A stretch of DNA of 64,000 nt from Candidatus Latescibacterota bacterium. GTDB taxonomy: Bacteria > Latescibacterota > UBA2968 > GCA-2709665. The notes under the pieces are model-generated. The model worked only from the letters and a program-made list of their open reading frames with translations, had not been told where the DNA came from and made no database searches. Position numbers and translations under genes: made by a program. Location of the stretch: NCBI GenBank assembly GCA_965208835.1, contig OZ242358.1, positions 4,960,001 to 5,024,000 on the forward strand, written 5' to 3'. Shown here piece after piece: positions 9,213-19,040 of this stretch (within the stretch, counting starts at the first letter, position 1; each line of letters begins with the position of its first letter).

Positions 9213-10652
9213 ATGGGCGGCAAGTCACCGGTCAGACGGATTGCGGGCAACACCGCGGTCCAGGTATTCGGACGAGCCATTGAGTTCGCGATCTTCCTGT
9301 TCCTCGTCCACTACCTGGACCTCAAGGCGTTCGGCGCCTATACGTTCATCCTGACCAACCTGATGTTGTGGGGGGTTCTCGCGGACGCGGGGACGTACAA
9401 TGTCCTGATCAGGGAAGCCGCCAGCCGGGAGAACGCCGACCGGCTTCTGGGGAACGCCCTGTCGATAGGGCTTATCGCGTCCATCGCCGCCGTGCTGACC
9501 TCAAACGCGTTTCTCTACCTTGCGGGCCAGGACAGGGAAACCCTCATACCCGCGCTTATCGCCTCGCTCACGCTGTTCGCATCGCCGCGCCTGAACGCAT
9601 TTCGCAGGATGTTCCAGGTCCGGTTTCAGGCAGAACTCAGGATGGGATACGTGGTGGCGTGGAACACCGTTTCCCACCTGCTCATGGCCGGCTTGCTGGT
9701 TGTTGTTGTCCTCAACAAGGGCCTTCTCGTCGCCATCTTCTGCGCGCTGATCGCCGCCGAGTTCCTCTCGTTCGCCGGTCTGTGCATCACACACCGGCGT
9801 CTCTTCAAGCTTCCCCGGTTTCGTTTCGACCCGCAGATCGTCAGATCGCTTCTGCGGCAGAGCATCCCGCTCATGCTGGCGGCGATATGCGCCACGGTCC
9901 ACGACAAGATCGGCATTATGCTGCTCGAGTTCATCAAGAGCAAGGAAGCCGTAGGCCTCTACAACATGGCGGCCCGAATTCCCGACAGCCTTCCCTTTCT
10001 GGCTTCGATATTCATCGCTTCCGTCTTCCCGGTTATGGTCAGACACCGGGAGACCGACCCGGTCGCGTTCGACAGAATCTACCGCCGAAGCGCGCGCTAC
10101 CTGTTGCTCTTTATTGTCCCCATTGCCGGGTTCTGCACGCTCGCCTCGAATGACATCCTGAATCTGCTCTTTCCCGGCAGGATTCCCGTAGCCATGTTCG
10201 GCCACGCCAGCCTGACGCTCGTCCTGCTCATCTGGGCAATGGTCTTCAAATACATGGGCATTGCCTTCAGCTTTCTGATCGTGGCCGTCGGCCAGGAGAA
10301 ACGCCGGCTTGCCTGCCTGGGCGCGGCGGCGCTGCTCGGCATTCTTCTAAACGTTGCCCTCATCCCGGCCCACCATATCCTCGGGTCGGCCGCGGCCGTC
10401 CTTATCGGGTCCATTGCGTATCCGGTTGTGGGGCTCTTGTTCGCTCCGCTGCGCAAGTACGCCGCCTTGCTTGGCGCCGCAGCCGCCAGGCCGGTGCTGG
10501 CGACCGCACTGACGGCCATTTGCGTGTCGGCCATAACGGATCACTTCGTGGTCGCGGCCGTATCGGGGGTCCTCGTCTATGGCGCGCTGATCCTGCTCCT
10601 CAAAGGCGTCACGCGGGAAGACATCGCGCTGTTGAAGGAGCTGCGGAAATAG
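9213..10652 (+). CDS. Wzx-type flippase / polysaccharide export protein
   Basis: About 12-14 hydrophobic segments, with RIAGN, FGAY, DAG, DKIGIMLL and VGLYNMA. Confidence 0.85.
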   Translation: MGGKSPVRRIAGNTAVQVFGRAIEFAIFLFLVHYLDLKAFGAYTFILTNLMLWGVLADAGTYNVLIREAASRENADRLLGNALSIGLIASIAAVLTSNAFLYLAGQDRETLIPALIASLTLFASPRLNAFRRMFQVRFQAELRMGYVVAWNTVSHLLMAGLLVVVVLNKGLLVAIFCALIAAEFLSFAGLCITHRRLFKLPRFRFDPQIVRSLLRQSIPLMLAAICATVHDKIGIMLLEFIKSKEAVGLYNMAARIPDSLPFLASIFIASVFPVMVRHRETDPVAFDRIYRRSARYLLLFIVPIAGFCTLASNDILNLLFPGRIPVAMFGHASLTLVLLIWAMVFKYMGIAFSFLIVAVGQEKRRLACLGAAALLGILLNVALIPAHHILGSAAAVLIGSIAYPVVGLLFAPLRKYAALLGAAAARPVLATALTAICVSAITDHFVVAAVSGVLVYGALILLLKGVTREDIALLKELRK

Positions 10653-10672
10653 CTGTCAGCCAACAGCCGTCT
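10651..10672. repeat. Short CAGCYRT-type heptamer repeat remnant
   Basis: agctgtcagccaacagccgtc. Related runs occur at about 24485-24515, 30550-30561 and 40927-40953. Confidence 0.5.
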
Positions 10673-10767
10673 GAAGCCATTGAACAAACAAAAAACGGCG
10701 CCACGCCAAGTCGCGTGGTACCGTCTGGATACGAAAAATGCGGTATCGATGAGTCCCTTTGGGCCGG

Positions 10768-11559
10768 TCATTCGTTTCCGGGATCGACCTCGGCAACGGG
10801 TTTCATCAACAGCGCCCCCTTTCCACCAACGCGAACGAACGACAGGCCGTGCCGGTCGATGAACTCGCGGCAGGCCTGGAAGGCGCCGTCGAACCAGGCG
10901 GGCTCCACGCAGTCGTCCAGAACGACGCCTCCGCCGGGGACGATCAGGGGCCAGAGGGCTTCCAGCGTCGCCGACGTGGGCAGGTAGAGGTCGACGTCGA
11001 GGAAGACCGCGCCGATGGGGCCGATTTCCTTCCAATCCACCTTCGAGCAGTCGCCCTCGATGATGCGGTAGTTGGTATAGCCGAGACGAGCGAGGCTGTA
11101 ATTGAAGACCCCGGCGCTACCGTAGGAGTAGTCAGAGATCTCGGAGGCGCGCTTCCGCCGGTTCGCCACCTCGTAGTCGACACTTTCAGGTGTAAAGCCA
11201 CTGAAGGTGTCAACCAGCACGAGGGTGCGCGCATCACCGGTGGTCCTCAGGTGTTCAAGGATAAACACAGACGTTTCTCCCCTCGCGACGCCGATTTCCA
11301 CAATGGCGCCACCGGTGCCGCGGGTGGCGTCGATCAGCCCGATCATGGCGGATAGCTCGCCCGGATCGACCCAATAGCGGTATGCGGGGAACATCGAATT
11401 GCGGAGTACGGGCAGCCGGTAGACAATGTGTTTAATTAGGGTCATGAGCCGGCGAGCCCGGCGAGTCATTGCGCGCACCAGCGAAGCGGATGGGCTGGCG
11501 CCCGTGAACCGCGGCGTTCGTGGCAAAGTCGGTGTCGGCGATGACGGCATGGCTTTCAT
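10768..11559 (-). CDS. TylF/MycF/NovP-family O-methyltransferase
   Basis: GAIVEIGVARGETS, VDTFSGF, FLDVDLYLPT and PGGGVVLDD. The true start is probably near 11445-11469. Confidence 0.85.
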   Translation of the reverse strand: MKAMPSSPTPTLPRTPRFTGASPSASLVRAMTRRARRLMTLIKHIVYRLPVLRNSMFPAYRYWVDPGELSAMIGLIDATRGTGGAIVEIGVARGETSVFILEHLRTTGDARTLVLVDTFSGFTPESVDYEVANRRKRASEISDYSYGSAGVFNYSLARLGYTNYRIIEGDCSKVDWKEIGPIGAVFLDVDLYLPTSATLEALWPLIVPGGGVVLDDCVEPAWFDGAFQACREFIDRHGLSFVRVGGKGALLMKPVAEVDPGNE

Positions 11560-11800
11560 CCCCGTTCGGATGGCAAAGTCCCGGTGATCTGTGAATTTAA
11601 TCTACTCTCCGCGTTGTGTCAACAGGCCCTAACCGCTTCCACACAGGAACCTCTGTTTGGAAGCGACTCTGAAGGGCCTGACGGTGTCAATACGCAGGTC
11701 TCCGGATTCTTCAGGGACGGTTTGCAAACCGCCCCCGCGTTGTGTTGAATATGGGAAGCGATTGGATTATCATTCGTATTCCACCCGATCGGATTTTCAC

Positions 11801-11817
11801 TGTCGCATTTTGCGACA
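11801..11817. promoter_or_regulatory. Perfect palindrome, candidate transcription-factor binding site between divergent genes
   Basis: TGTCGCA-TTT-TGCGACA. Confidence 0.5.
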
Positions 11818-11887
11818 GGTTTCGGTGCAGGTCCGACGGCCGGAGCGAGGGGATCAGCAGACGTCAACGAAAGTCGGGAGACGCGGG

Positions 11888-12616
11888 ATGGCATCCGAAA
11901 AAGCGGTAAGGGGTACCGAAGAAGACATCGCTGGGGCGTTCGATCGCGATGGTTTCTACATCGCGAAGGGGCTCTACCCGGCGGAAGAGATACTGGACTG
12001 GAAGGCGCGCATCATCGACATCCTCGATGCGGGCGGCCACATCAGCAAGGATCCCACGTCTGCCGGCGTCCACGTCTTCATGGCGGACGTACTGGACCCG
12101 TTCTTCAGGGAACGAATGAAGGATGATTGCGTGGTTTCGGTTCTGAACCGGATCATCGGTCCGAACGTGGAGTTTCTGAGCGTGAAGTCGGTCTACAAGA
12201 ACAAGTTCACGAGGTTCGGTTCCCCCTGGCACCAGGACTGGTACTACTGGAAGGGCGCGAACAAGATATCCGTGTGGATCGCCCTGGACGACGCCGCGCC
12301 GGAGAACGGTTGCCTGAAAATGATCGCCGGCAGCCATCTCAAGCGGTTCAAAGTGAAACAGGTCAGGGCACAAAACGGGTTCGGGTGGCGTATCGGAAAC
12401 GAAGAGATCGCCGGGCTTCCCGAGACCACGCTGGCGGTCAGGCGAGGAGATGCGGTCTTCTTTCACGATCAGACCTTGCACAGTTCCTTTCCGAACACCA
12501 CGGGCGCGGACCGCTGGAGCTTTATTTCCACCTATCGCGACGGGTCAGAGCGGGACGAATCAACGGTGTGGAAGCATCCGATGGTCGTCACCGGCGAGAG
12601 TGTGAACGTCGGATGA
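11888..12616 (+). CDS. Phytanoyl-CoA dioxygenase family (Fe(II)/2-oxoglutarate)
   Basis: FDRDGF, PWHQD (HxD), WIALDDAAPENGCL, LHSSFPN and R. Confidence 0.9.
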   Translation: MASEKAVRGTEEDIAGAFDRDGFYIAKGLYPAEEILDWKARIIDILDAGGHISKDPTSAGVHVFMADVLDPFFRERMKDDCVVSVLNRIIGPNVEFLSVKSVYKNKFTRFGSPWHQDWYYWKGANKISVWIALDDAAPENGCLKMIAGSHLKRFKVKQVRAQNGFGWRIGNEEIAGLPETTLAVRRGDAVFFHDQTLHSSFPNTTGADRWSFISTYRDGSERDESTVWKHPMVVTGESVNVG

Positions 12617-12692
12617 TCAGAGCAGGCAGAAATGTCCGCCCCACCCTCACACCGGCCTGTTCTCCACAGAAACGTCGAGAACGGATAGGTGT

Positions 12693-12722
12693 TTGACAAG
12701 ACAGCATGCCGCGGGGTATTTT
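12693..12722 (+). promoter_or_regulatory. Candidate sigma70 promoter for addB-addA
   Basis: TTGACA-N18-TATTTT just upstream of the ORF. Confidence 0.4.
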
Positions 12723-12735
12723 CTGACGACGAAAA

Positions 12736-15471
12736 ATGCAAACAGCACGCGGGGACGTCGGAGCGGATATGCCGGAAACGGAACTTGAACTGAAGTCGAA
12801 AATACATTTGCGCAGGACGGTGGTGGTGGAAGGGCGGTACGCGCGGCGATGGCATCAGACACAGGCCGCCATCAAGGGCGAGCATGGACTGCTGGTCGTT
12901 TCGATGGAAGAGCTTGCGGCGCGGCTTGCGGGAGGGTTCCTCCGATCGGTCCGGACCGATACCCTGAAGACCAGCGTCAGGGAAGCCGTTGCAGCGGGAC
13001 CGCTCGACGATCTGGAGACAATCAAAGACCTTCCCGGATTTCAGCGGGCCGCGGCGGCCACCCTGGCAAAAGCCTGGCGCGCGGGACTGAATCTGGGGCA
13101 CAGCGGGAATCCACGCACCCGCTCGCTGGCTGCGCTCGAACGGAACGTGCGTTCCAGGCTGCCGAAGAATCAGCTCCCGCATGCCGAACTGGCGAAGGCG
13201 GCCATGGAGCGAGCGGCCCTTGCCCCGGCCATCCTTGGCCGAATCGAGATCCACGGCCGCACCGAATTGTCGCCGGTATGGCGAGACCTCTTATTGCGCC
13301 TCAGCAGGGCAACGGACCTGACCTGGGTGGCTGGCGCAAGGTCGACGCCGGAGTGGCTGTCCGAAACCGATCTTGCCGTGTCGACGAAACCGGCGGAGGA
13401 ACCCGATATCCGGGCGGTGTCCTGCGCCACACCCCGTCACGAGATCCGGGAGACCTTGCGGTGGGCCCGGAAACATCTCACCCAGGGGATTCCAGCCCAC
13501 CATATCGCGATTTCCGCGGCGTCTCCAGCGTTATGGGACGATCATATGATGGCGCTGGCGCAGGACGCGAATCTGCCGGTCCACTTCATCCACGGCCGGC
13601 CGGCGCTTGCAAGCCCGGACGGACAGCTTGCCGCCGCGCTCGCCGAAGTCCTCCTGCGCGGGCTGTCGCGCTCCCGCATGGTCCGTGTGGCCGGTTTGCT
13701 TCGGTCTTGCGTTATGCATTTCCGAGCCCTGCCGGAAGACTGGTGGGAGGTCCTGCCGGACGATGCCCCGCTGCTTACCGCTGACAGTTGGGACCGCCAC
13801 CTGGACAACCTCACGCGTGACGACTTTTCCGACGACAACGACCATCGACCGCTGCTGCAGCATATCATCGAGGTACTCCGCCTGGGCCTTGTCAGGGCGG
13901 AAGACATAGGTGAAGCGCTCCTGAAGGACTCGGAAGCGTTGGCAATCTGGCAAAGGGCCCTGGTCGAGGGACCGCCGGCCGCTCTGGACGTGACCCTCGC
14001 CGGACTTCGCGTGCCGGACGAAGAAGAACCGGGCGCCGCCGTCGTTTGGGGGCCGGCATCGGCCGTCGCGGCGGTTCCCCGGCCCTTCTGCTGGCTGGTG
14101 GGCCTCACTTCACGCTCCTGGCCCCGCCGCGCCGGTGAGGACCCGCTGCTTCCAACACACGTGGTGCGGCAGGAAGACCTGGAACCACTTCCCATTCATG
14201 AATCGGACCGCCGGGATTTCGAAACGATATGCAGGACGGCGGATCGGCAGGTCGTCTGTTCGCGGGCGCGGAGGGACAGCGAAGGCCGGCTCAACGGCGT
14301 CTCGCCACTCTATCCCGATGACGTAAATGAAGAATTCCTCGCCCAGAGCCGGGTACCCGGGCATGCGGCCAGCGAAAGCGACCGGCTCACGGCCAGACCC
14401 GGCGAATTTGCCGCGCTGCCATTGGCCCGGGCAACAACCGGGACGTGGATCGACTGGCACAGCGAGAAGCTGACAGCCCATGACGGTCTGATCTGCAAGG
14501 GGCATCCGATGCTTCTTCGCGCTCTGGACCGCACGCAATCCGCCACATCGCTCGCCCGACTGCTTCGGGACCCCCTTGGCTATCTCTGGACCTACGGATT
14601 CGGCTGGAGGGCGCCCGAAGAAACGGAAGAACCTCTGACGCTTGACGCGCTCGCGTTCGGGTCGCTTCTGCACGAGTTTCTCGGGGAAAGCGTGAACCGG
14701 CTGGAGAGCGCCGGGGGAGCCGGATTCGCCGGCGCTTCCCGGCGGGACGTCGAACGAACGGTGGCATCGGCGGCAGACGCGGTTGCGGGACGATGGGCCT
14801 CCGAACGCCCCGTTCCACCGCCCGTCATCTGGCGGCGGAAGTGCGACGAGGCAAGAATGCTGGCGGTCCGCGCGCTGGCGCGCGAAGAAACCCCGCTTCT
14901 GGGGCAGAGAACCTGGGCGGAAGTTCAGTTTGGCTATGCGCGTTCCAGGAACACATCCGATGGAACCGCCAGCCTGCCATGGGACCTGGCAACGCCGGTT
15001 TACATTGAAGGCACCCGGATTCGAATCGGCGGTTTCATCGACAGGCTCGACCTTTCGGAAGACCGGCGCCAGGCGCGCGTTACGGATTACAAATCAGGGA
15101 AATACCCCCGCAGACCTCCCCAGATCAATGGCGGCGCGGAACTGCAGAGATGTCTTTACGCCTTTGCGGTGAGGACGCTCGTTTCGACGCGGCCCGAAGT
15201 CGAAGCCCGCCTGGTCTATCCTCGCAATGACGATATGGATCTGGTGCTTGACGACACAGAGGAAACGCTCGCGGGACTGGTGAAATACCTCAACGCAGCC
15301 ACGGAGCTTTTCGTGGAAGGCAAAACGCTGAACGGCCCCGCCGCCGCTGATCGGTATTACGACCTGTCATTCGCACTGCCCGGAGGATCGAAGCAGATGT
15401 ACCTGAAGACCAAGGCGTTCAGGTCAACACCGGCTCTAATGCCGCTATCCGATCTTTGGGAGCAGCCCTGA
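12736..15471 (+). CDS. addB: AddB-like subunit: inactive helicase fold plus C-terminal PD-(D/E)XK nuclease
   Basis: SATSL..LLRDP, GSLLHEFL, AEVQFG, IGGFIDRLD, VTDYKSG and QRCLY. Lies directly upstream of addA. The start could be 12769. Confidence 0.8.
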   Translation: MQTARGDVGADMPETELELKSKIHLRRTVVVEGRYARRWHQTQAAIKGEHGLLVVSMEELAARLAGGFLRSVRTDTLKTSVREAVAAGPLDDLETIKDLPGFQRAAAATLAKAWRAGLNLGHSGNPRTRSLAALERNVRSRLPKNQLPHAELAKAAMERAALAPAILGRIEIHGRTELSPVWRDLLLRLSRATDLTWVAGARSTPEWLSETDLAVSTKPAEEPDIRAVSCATPRHEIRETLRWARKHLTQGIPAHHIAISAASPALWDDHMMALAQDANLPVHFIHGRPALASPDGQLAAALAEVLLRGLSRSRMVRVAGLLRSCVMHFRALPEDWWEVLPDDAPLLTADSWDRHLDNLTRDDFSDDNDHRPLLQHIIEVLRLGLVRAEDIGEALLKDSEALAIWQRALVEGPPAALDVTLAGLRVPDEEEPGAAVVWGPASAVAAVPRPFCWLVGLTSRSWPRRAGEDPLLPTHVVRQEDLEPLPIHESDRRDFETICRTADRQVVCSRARRDSEGRLNGVSPLYPDDVNEEFLAQSRVPGHAASESDRLTARPGEFAALPLARATTGTWIDWHSEKLTAHDGLICKGHPMLLRALDRTQSATSLARLLRDPLGYLWTYGFGWRAPEETEEPLTLDALAFGSLLHEFLGESVNRLESAGGAGFAGASRRDVERTVASAADAVAGRWASERPVPPPVIWRRKCDEARMLAVRALAREETPLLGQRTWAEVQFGYARSRNTSDGTASLPWDLATPVYIEGTRIRIGGFIDRLDLSEDRRQARVTDYKSGKYPRRPPQINGGAELQRCLYAFAVRTLVSTRPEVEARLVYPRNDDMDLVLDDTEETLAGLVKYLNAATELFVEGKTLNGPAAADRYYDLSFALPGGSKQMYLKTKAFRSTPALMPLSDLWEQP

Positions 15472-15472
15472 G

Positions 15473-18400
15473 ATGCCCGGCAATCCTCAACCGGCGCCGC
15501 TTTCCGACCTGGAAGCGCGCATCGAAGCCCTCACGCACCACGATCGTTCGCTTCTTGTCGAGGCCGGAGCGGGCAGCGGCAAGACGGCCCTCATGGCCGG
15601 CAGGGCGGCCCTCCTCGTGGCGGGCGGGATTGCGCCAAGAAATATCGCCGCCATCACCTTTACCGAAGCGGCGGCGGCCGAGCTTCTGGAGCGAATAGAA
15701 CGCATCGTGAAGGTCCTCCTGTCCGGCAAACCGCCTGCCGAACTTGCGCCGGCCCTTCCGACGGGTCTCAGCGACGGGCAACGCGCCAATCTCAAGAGGG
15801 GCGCGGCGACGCTGGACGAGTTGACGTGCACGACCATCCACGGCTTCTGCCAGAAACTGATCACGCCTTATCCGGCGGAGTCCGGGCAAGACCCCGGCGC
15901 CACCATTATCGACCCGGCTGTCGTGGAACTCGTCTTCGACGACCTGCTGGACCGATGGCTGTCCGCGCGATTCGGACGAAACCCGGCCGAAGACAACCTG
16001 GGGCGCATACCCCCGATTCGGCAACCGGGCGACGAAGGGGAGGACCTCTTCGCCTCTCTCCTGCAGAAATCGCCGGACCAGACGCTGCGGCTGATCCGGG
16101 ACACGGCCCATTTTCTGAGACAGCACCGCACGGCGGGAGCCGCGGATTACGAAATCGACAGGGAAGCCCATACAAAGCTGGTCGACGCCGCGCGCGCATT
16201 CTCGGCCTGGTACGACGGCACGGGAATTGAGGAACCCGGCGCCGCCGCCATTGCGAATGATCTCCTGGGTACCGTTGAGAAGATGGGCGAGCCCTGTGCG
16301 GATCGGATTTCGGCGGAACACCTCGCCGAACTCCTCCATCACAGTCCCCCTGACGCCTGCAGGAAGAGCGAGCGCGGCTTCAGGCAGTGGCGCGCCAAAG
16401 GTAAGTGGAGAACGGCCGCGAAAACGGCCGGACGGAGCGCCGCCGACGGAGAACAGCTTTATGTGGCGGGACTGGCGCTTTACGGAGCGTGCAACGAGGC
16501 GTACGCCGAATTCTGCAGCACGCTCGGCGACGTCGCATTCCGCAGCTTCATTGCCGAATTCAATGCAATCCGCGAGCTCTACAGTAGATTCAAGCGCGAC
16601 GCGGCGCTGCTCGATTTCGACGACCTGCTGTACCTGGCCAGGGATCTCCTGCGGGAACAGGAATCGATCCGCCGCGCTCTGTCCGGGCGCTACACACACA
16701 TCCTTGTGGATGAATTCCAGGACACCGATCCGCTTCAGGCCGAAATCATCTGGCAACTGGCCGGTGATGGAGACCCCGGGCGACCATGGCAGGAACGCGT
16801 GATTCGTCCGGGCGCGCTCTTCCTGGTGGGCGATCCCAAGCAGGCGATCTACCGGTTCCGCGGCGCGGACGTGCAGACGTACCTCACGGCTCGGGACGCG
16901 CTTTCGCAACGCGACCCGGCGTCCATTCTAAGTATTACTGCCAATTTCCGGTCGCGGGCGCAAATACTGGATTACGTGAATCGCCACTTCGAGGACCTGC
17001 TGGACGCAGAGCGGGGACAACCCGGATTCACCCCGCTGACGTCAACGCGCGACGCGGGCGACGGCGCGAGCGTCGCGGCCTTCGATATTCCACTTGGCGA
17101 CGAACACAAAACCTCCAGGGGTAAGCTGATTGTCGAGAGCGTCCGCGAGGAGGAAGCCATTGTCGTTGCCAAAATCGCGGCCCGGCTGATCGGGTCTTAT
17201 CCCGTGTACGACGCGGACACCGGGGAAACCAGGCCCGCGAAGGCCTCCGACATCGCCCTGCTCGCCCCCACCGGAACCAGCCTCTGGATCTACGAGCGGG
17301 CCCTGGAGGAAAACGGCATTCCCATCGCCACGCAGGCCGGCAAGGGGTTCTTCCGGCGGCAGGAGGTCCAGGACCTGATCGCGGTGGCCAGAACAGTCGC
17401 CGATGCCCGTGATACGCTCGCGTTCGGCGCATTGGTCCGGGGGCCGCTGGTCGGCCTTTCCGATGAACAGATTGCCGACGAGATTCTGGCATTGCCGGTG
17501 GATCCGGACCGAAGCGTCCACCTGGACGTCAACACGGACCCTTCGCTGGTCACCAGCCCGGTTCTGGCGCAAACGCTGCGTGTCCTGCAGGACCTCCGAA
17601 AAAAACGCCGCGGCACCACGCCCTACCAGATCATGGCGGAAGCGGTCGAGGCGCTGCATGTTCGCCCGATTCTCATGGCGCGCCACGGAGGAGGCGCCCA
17701 GCGCGCGCATGGGAATGTCGACCTGTTGCTGGAAATGGCGCGTCCCTACGCAACGCGAGGCATTGAGGACTTCGCCCGTGCGGTATGGCAACGGTGGGAA
17801 GACGCGGAAGACCAGGTGGAAGGCCGTCACGACGCGGCGGCGGATGCCGTTTCCATTATCACCATGCATTCGGCCAAGGGCCTGGAATGGCCTGTCGTAA
17901 TTCCCATCAATTCCACAACCGGACTCAGGCACCAGGAGGGTTTTCTTTACAGGCGCCGGGACGACAGCGTACATTTCAAGGTACTGGATTTTGCGGGTTC
18001 GGAATATGCGGAGACCATGCTGGAGGAGGTGAAAGAACTCAACCTGGAGCGCGTGCGTCTGTGGTACGTGGCGCTGACCCGCGCGCGGGACCTCCTGCTT
18101 TTGCCCAGGCAGAGCGAACGCGTGGATGGCGACTGGATGAGCCTGATCGACATCGACGTGGATTGGCTTCCTGCCCTCGACGCCGAGCGTCTTGAAAGGG
18201 CGCATGCGGTTCAGGATGACACCGGCACAAACAGGCAGGACCGGGAAACATGGCTGGAGGAGGCGTCAGCCATTGCCGACAACAGGCGGACGATCACCTG
18301 GCACCGGCCCAGCCGTCACGTGGACGCGGAGCAGACCGAAGCAGAAGTGCCGCCGGCCGTATATGCGGGTGAGGAGGAGGCCAAGGAAGCCGGCGAGGAG

Positions 18401-18916
18401 CCCGTTGGATCGAACACCGACAATCACGCGTTGATACGCGGCCTGATCCTTCACAAGCTGATGGAGGAAGTGCTCACGGGAGAAACAGGGGATGCGGCAG
18501 CCAACGTTCGGGCTCGAGCCGCAGAACTCATTGCCCAGCAGGAGCTTGAAGACTCACCGGATGCCTCGCACCGAATTTCCAGCGCCGGAATGGCGGAAAT
18601 GGTTTCCCGTACCCTGATACGTCCGGAGATTGCGGCCCTCCGTCCGCGTCTGGTCCCCGAGTACTGGGTCTATGGCGGCGAGGTCAGCGGCCGGGACATG
18701 GCCATTACCGCGGGCATCGCGGATGCCGTCGCGTTCGATGCCAGGGGCGACATCGACGTTGTCGTGGACTGGAAGAGCGACGCAAGTCTCAGGGAGAGGC
18801 AGGTCCAGTCGTACCGGGAACAGGTGCGATTGTACCTGAAGGCCACGGGAGCAAATACCGGACACATCGTATTTCTGGGTCTGGATCACATTGAAACGGT
18901 CGTACGCGAAAACTGA
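15473..18916 (+). CDS. addA: AddA-like UvrD/SF1A helicase with C-terminal RecB-type nuclease
   Basis: Walker A AGAGSGKT, ITFTEAAAAEL, TIHGFC, VDEFQDT, GDPKQAIYRFRGAD, NFRS, TMHSAKGLEWP and YVALTRARD. Nuclease motifs GIADAV...DWKSD...QVRLY. Confidence 0.9.
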   Translation: MPGNPQPAPLSDLEARIEALTHHDRSLLVEAGAGSGKTALMAGRAALLVAGGIAPRNIAAITFTEAAAAELLERIERIVKVLLSGKPPAELAPALPTGLSDGQRANLKRGAATLDELTCTTIHGFCQKLITPYPAESGQDPGATIIDPAVVELVFDDLLDRWLSARFGRNPAEDNLGRIPPIRQPGDEGEDLFASLLQKSPDQTLRLIRDTAHFLRQHRTAGAADYEIDREAHTKLVDAARAFSAWYDGTGIEEPGAAAIANDLLGTVEKMGEPCADRISAEHLAELLHHSPPDACRKSERGFRQWRAKGKWRTAAKTAGRSAADGEQLYVAGLALYGACNEAYAEFCSTLGDVAFRSFIAEFNAIRELYSRFKRDAALLDFDDLLYLARDLLREQESIRRALSGRYTHILVDEFQDTDPLQAEIIWQLAGDGDPGRPWQERVIRPGALFLVGDPKQAIYRFRGADVQTYLTARDALSQRDPASILSITANFRSRAQILDYVNRHFEDLLDAERGQPGFTPLTSTRDAGDGASVAAFDIPLGDEHKTSRGKLIVESVREEEAIVVAKIAARLIGSYPVYDADTGETRPAKASDIALLAPTGTSLWIYERALEENGIPIATQAGKGFFRRQEVQDLIAVARTVADARDTLAFGALVRGPLVGLSDEQIADEILALPVDPDRSVHLDVNTDPSLVTSPVLAQTLRVLQDLRKKRRGTTPYQIMAEAVEALHVRPILMARHGGGAQRAHGNVDLLLEMARPYATRGIEDFARAVWQRWEDAEDQVEGRHDAAADAVSIITMHSAKGLEWPVVIPINSTTGLRHQEGFLYRRRDDSVHFKVLDFAGSEYAETMLEEVKELNLERVRLWYVALTRARDLLLLPRQSERVDGDWMSLIDIDVDWLPALDAERLERAHAVQDDTGTNRQDRETWLEEASAIADNRRTITWHRPSRHVDAEQTEAEVPPAVYAGEEEAKEAGEEPVGSNTDNHALIRGLILHKLMEEVLTGETGDAAANVRARAAELIAQQELEDSPDASHRISSAGMAEMVSRTLIRPEIAALRPRLVPEYWVYGGEVSGRDMAITAGIADAVAFDARGDIDVVVDWKSDASLRERQVQSYREQVRLYLKATGANTGHIVFLGLDHIETVVREN

Positions 18917-19040
18917 ACGGCTGGTTCGTACGACGGGCAATCCGACAGGAATGGTACTGCACACCCGTGTTGCCGGTTCCGCGCGCCGGTCGCCGGTTTG
19001 CAAATTCGCAAACGATTGAGGGAAATTCGGAGCGTACAGA

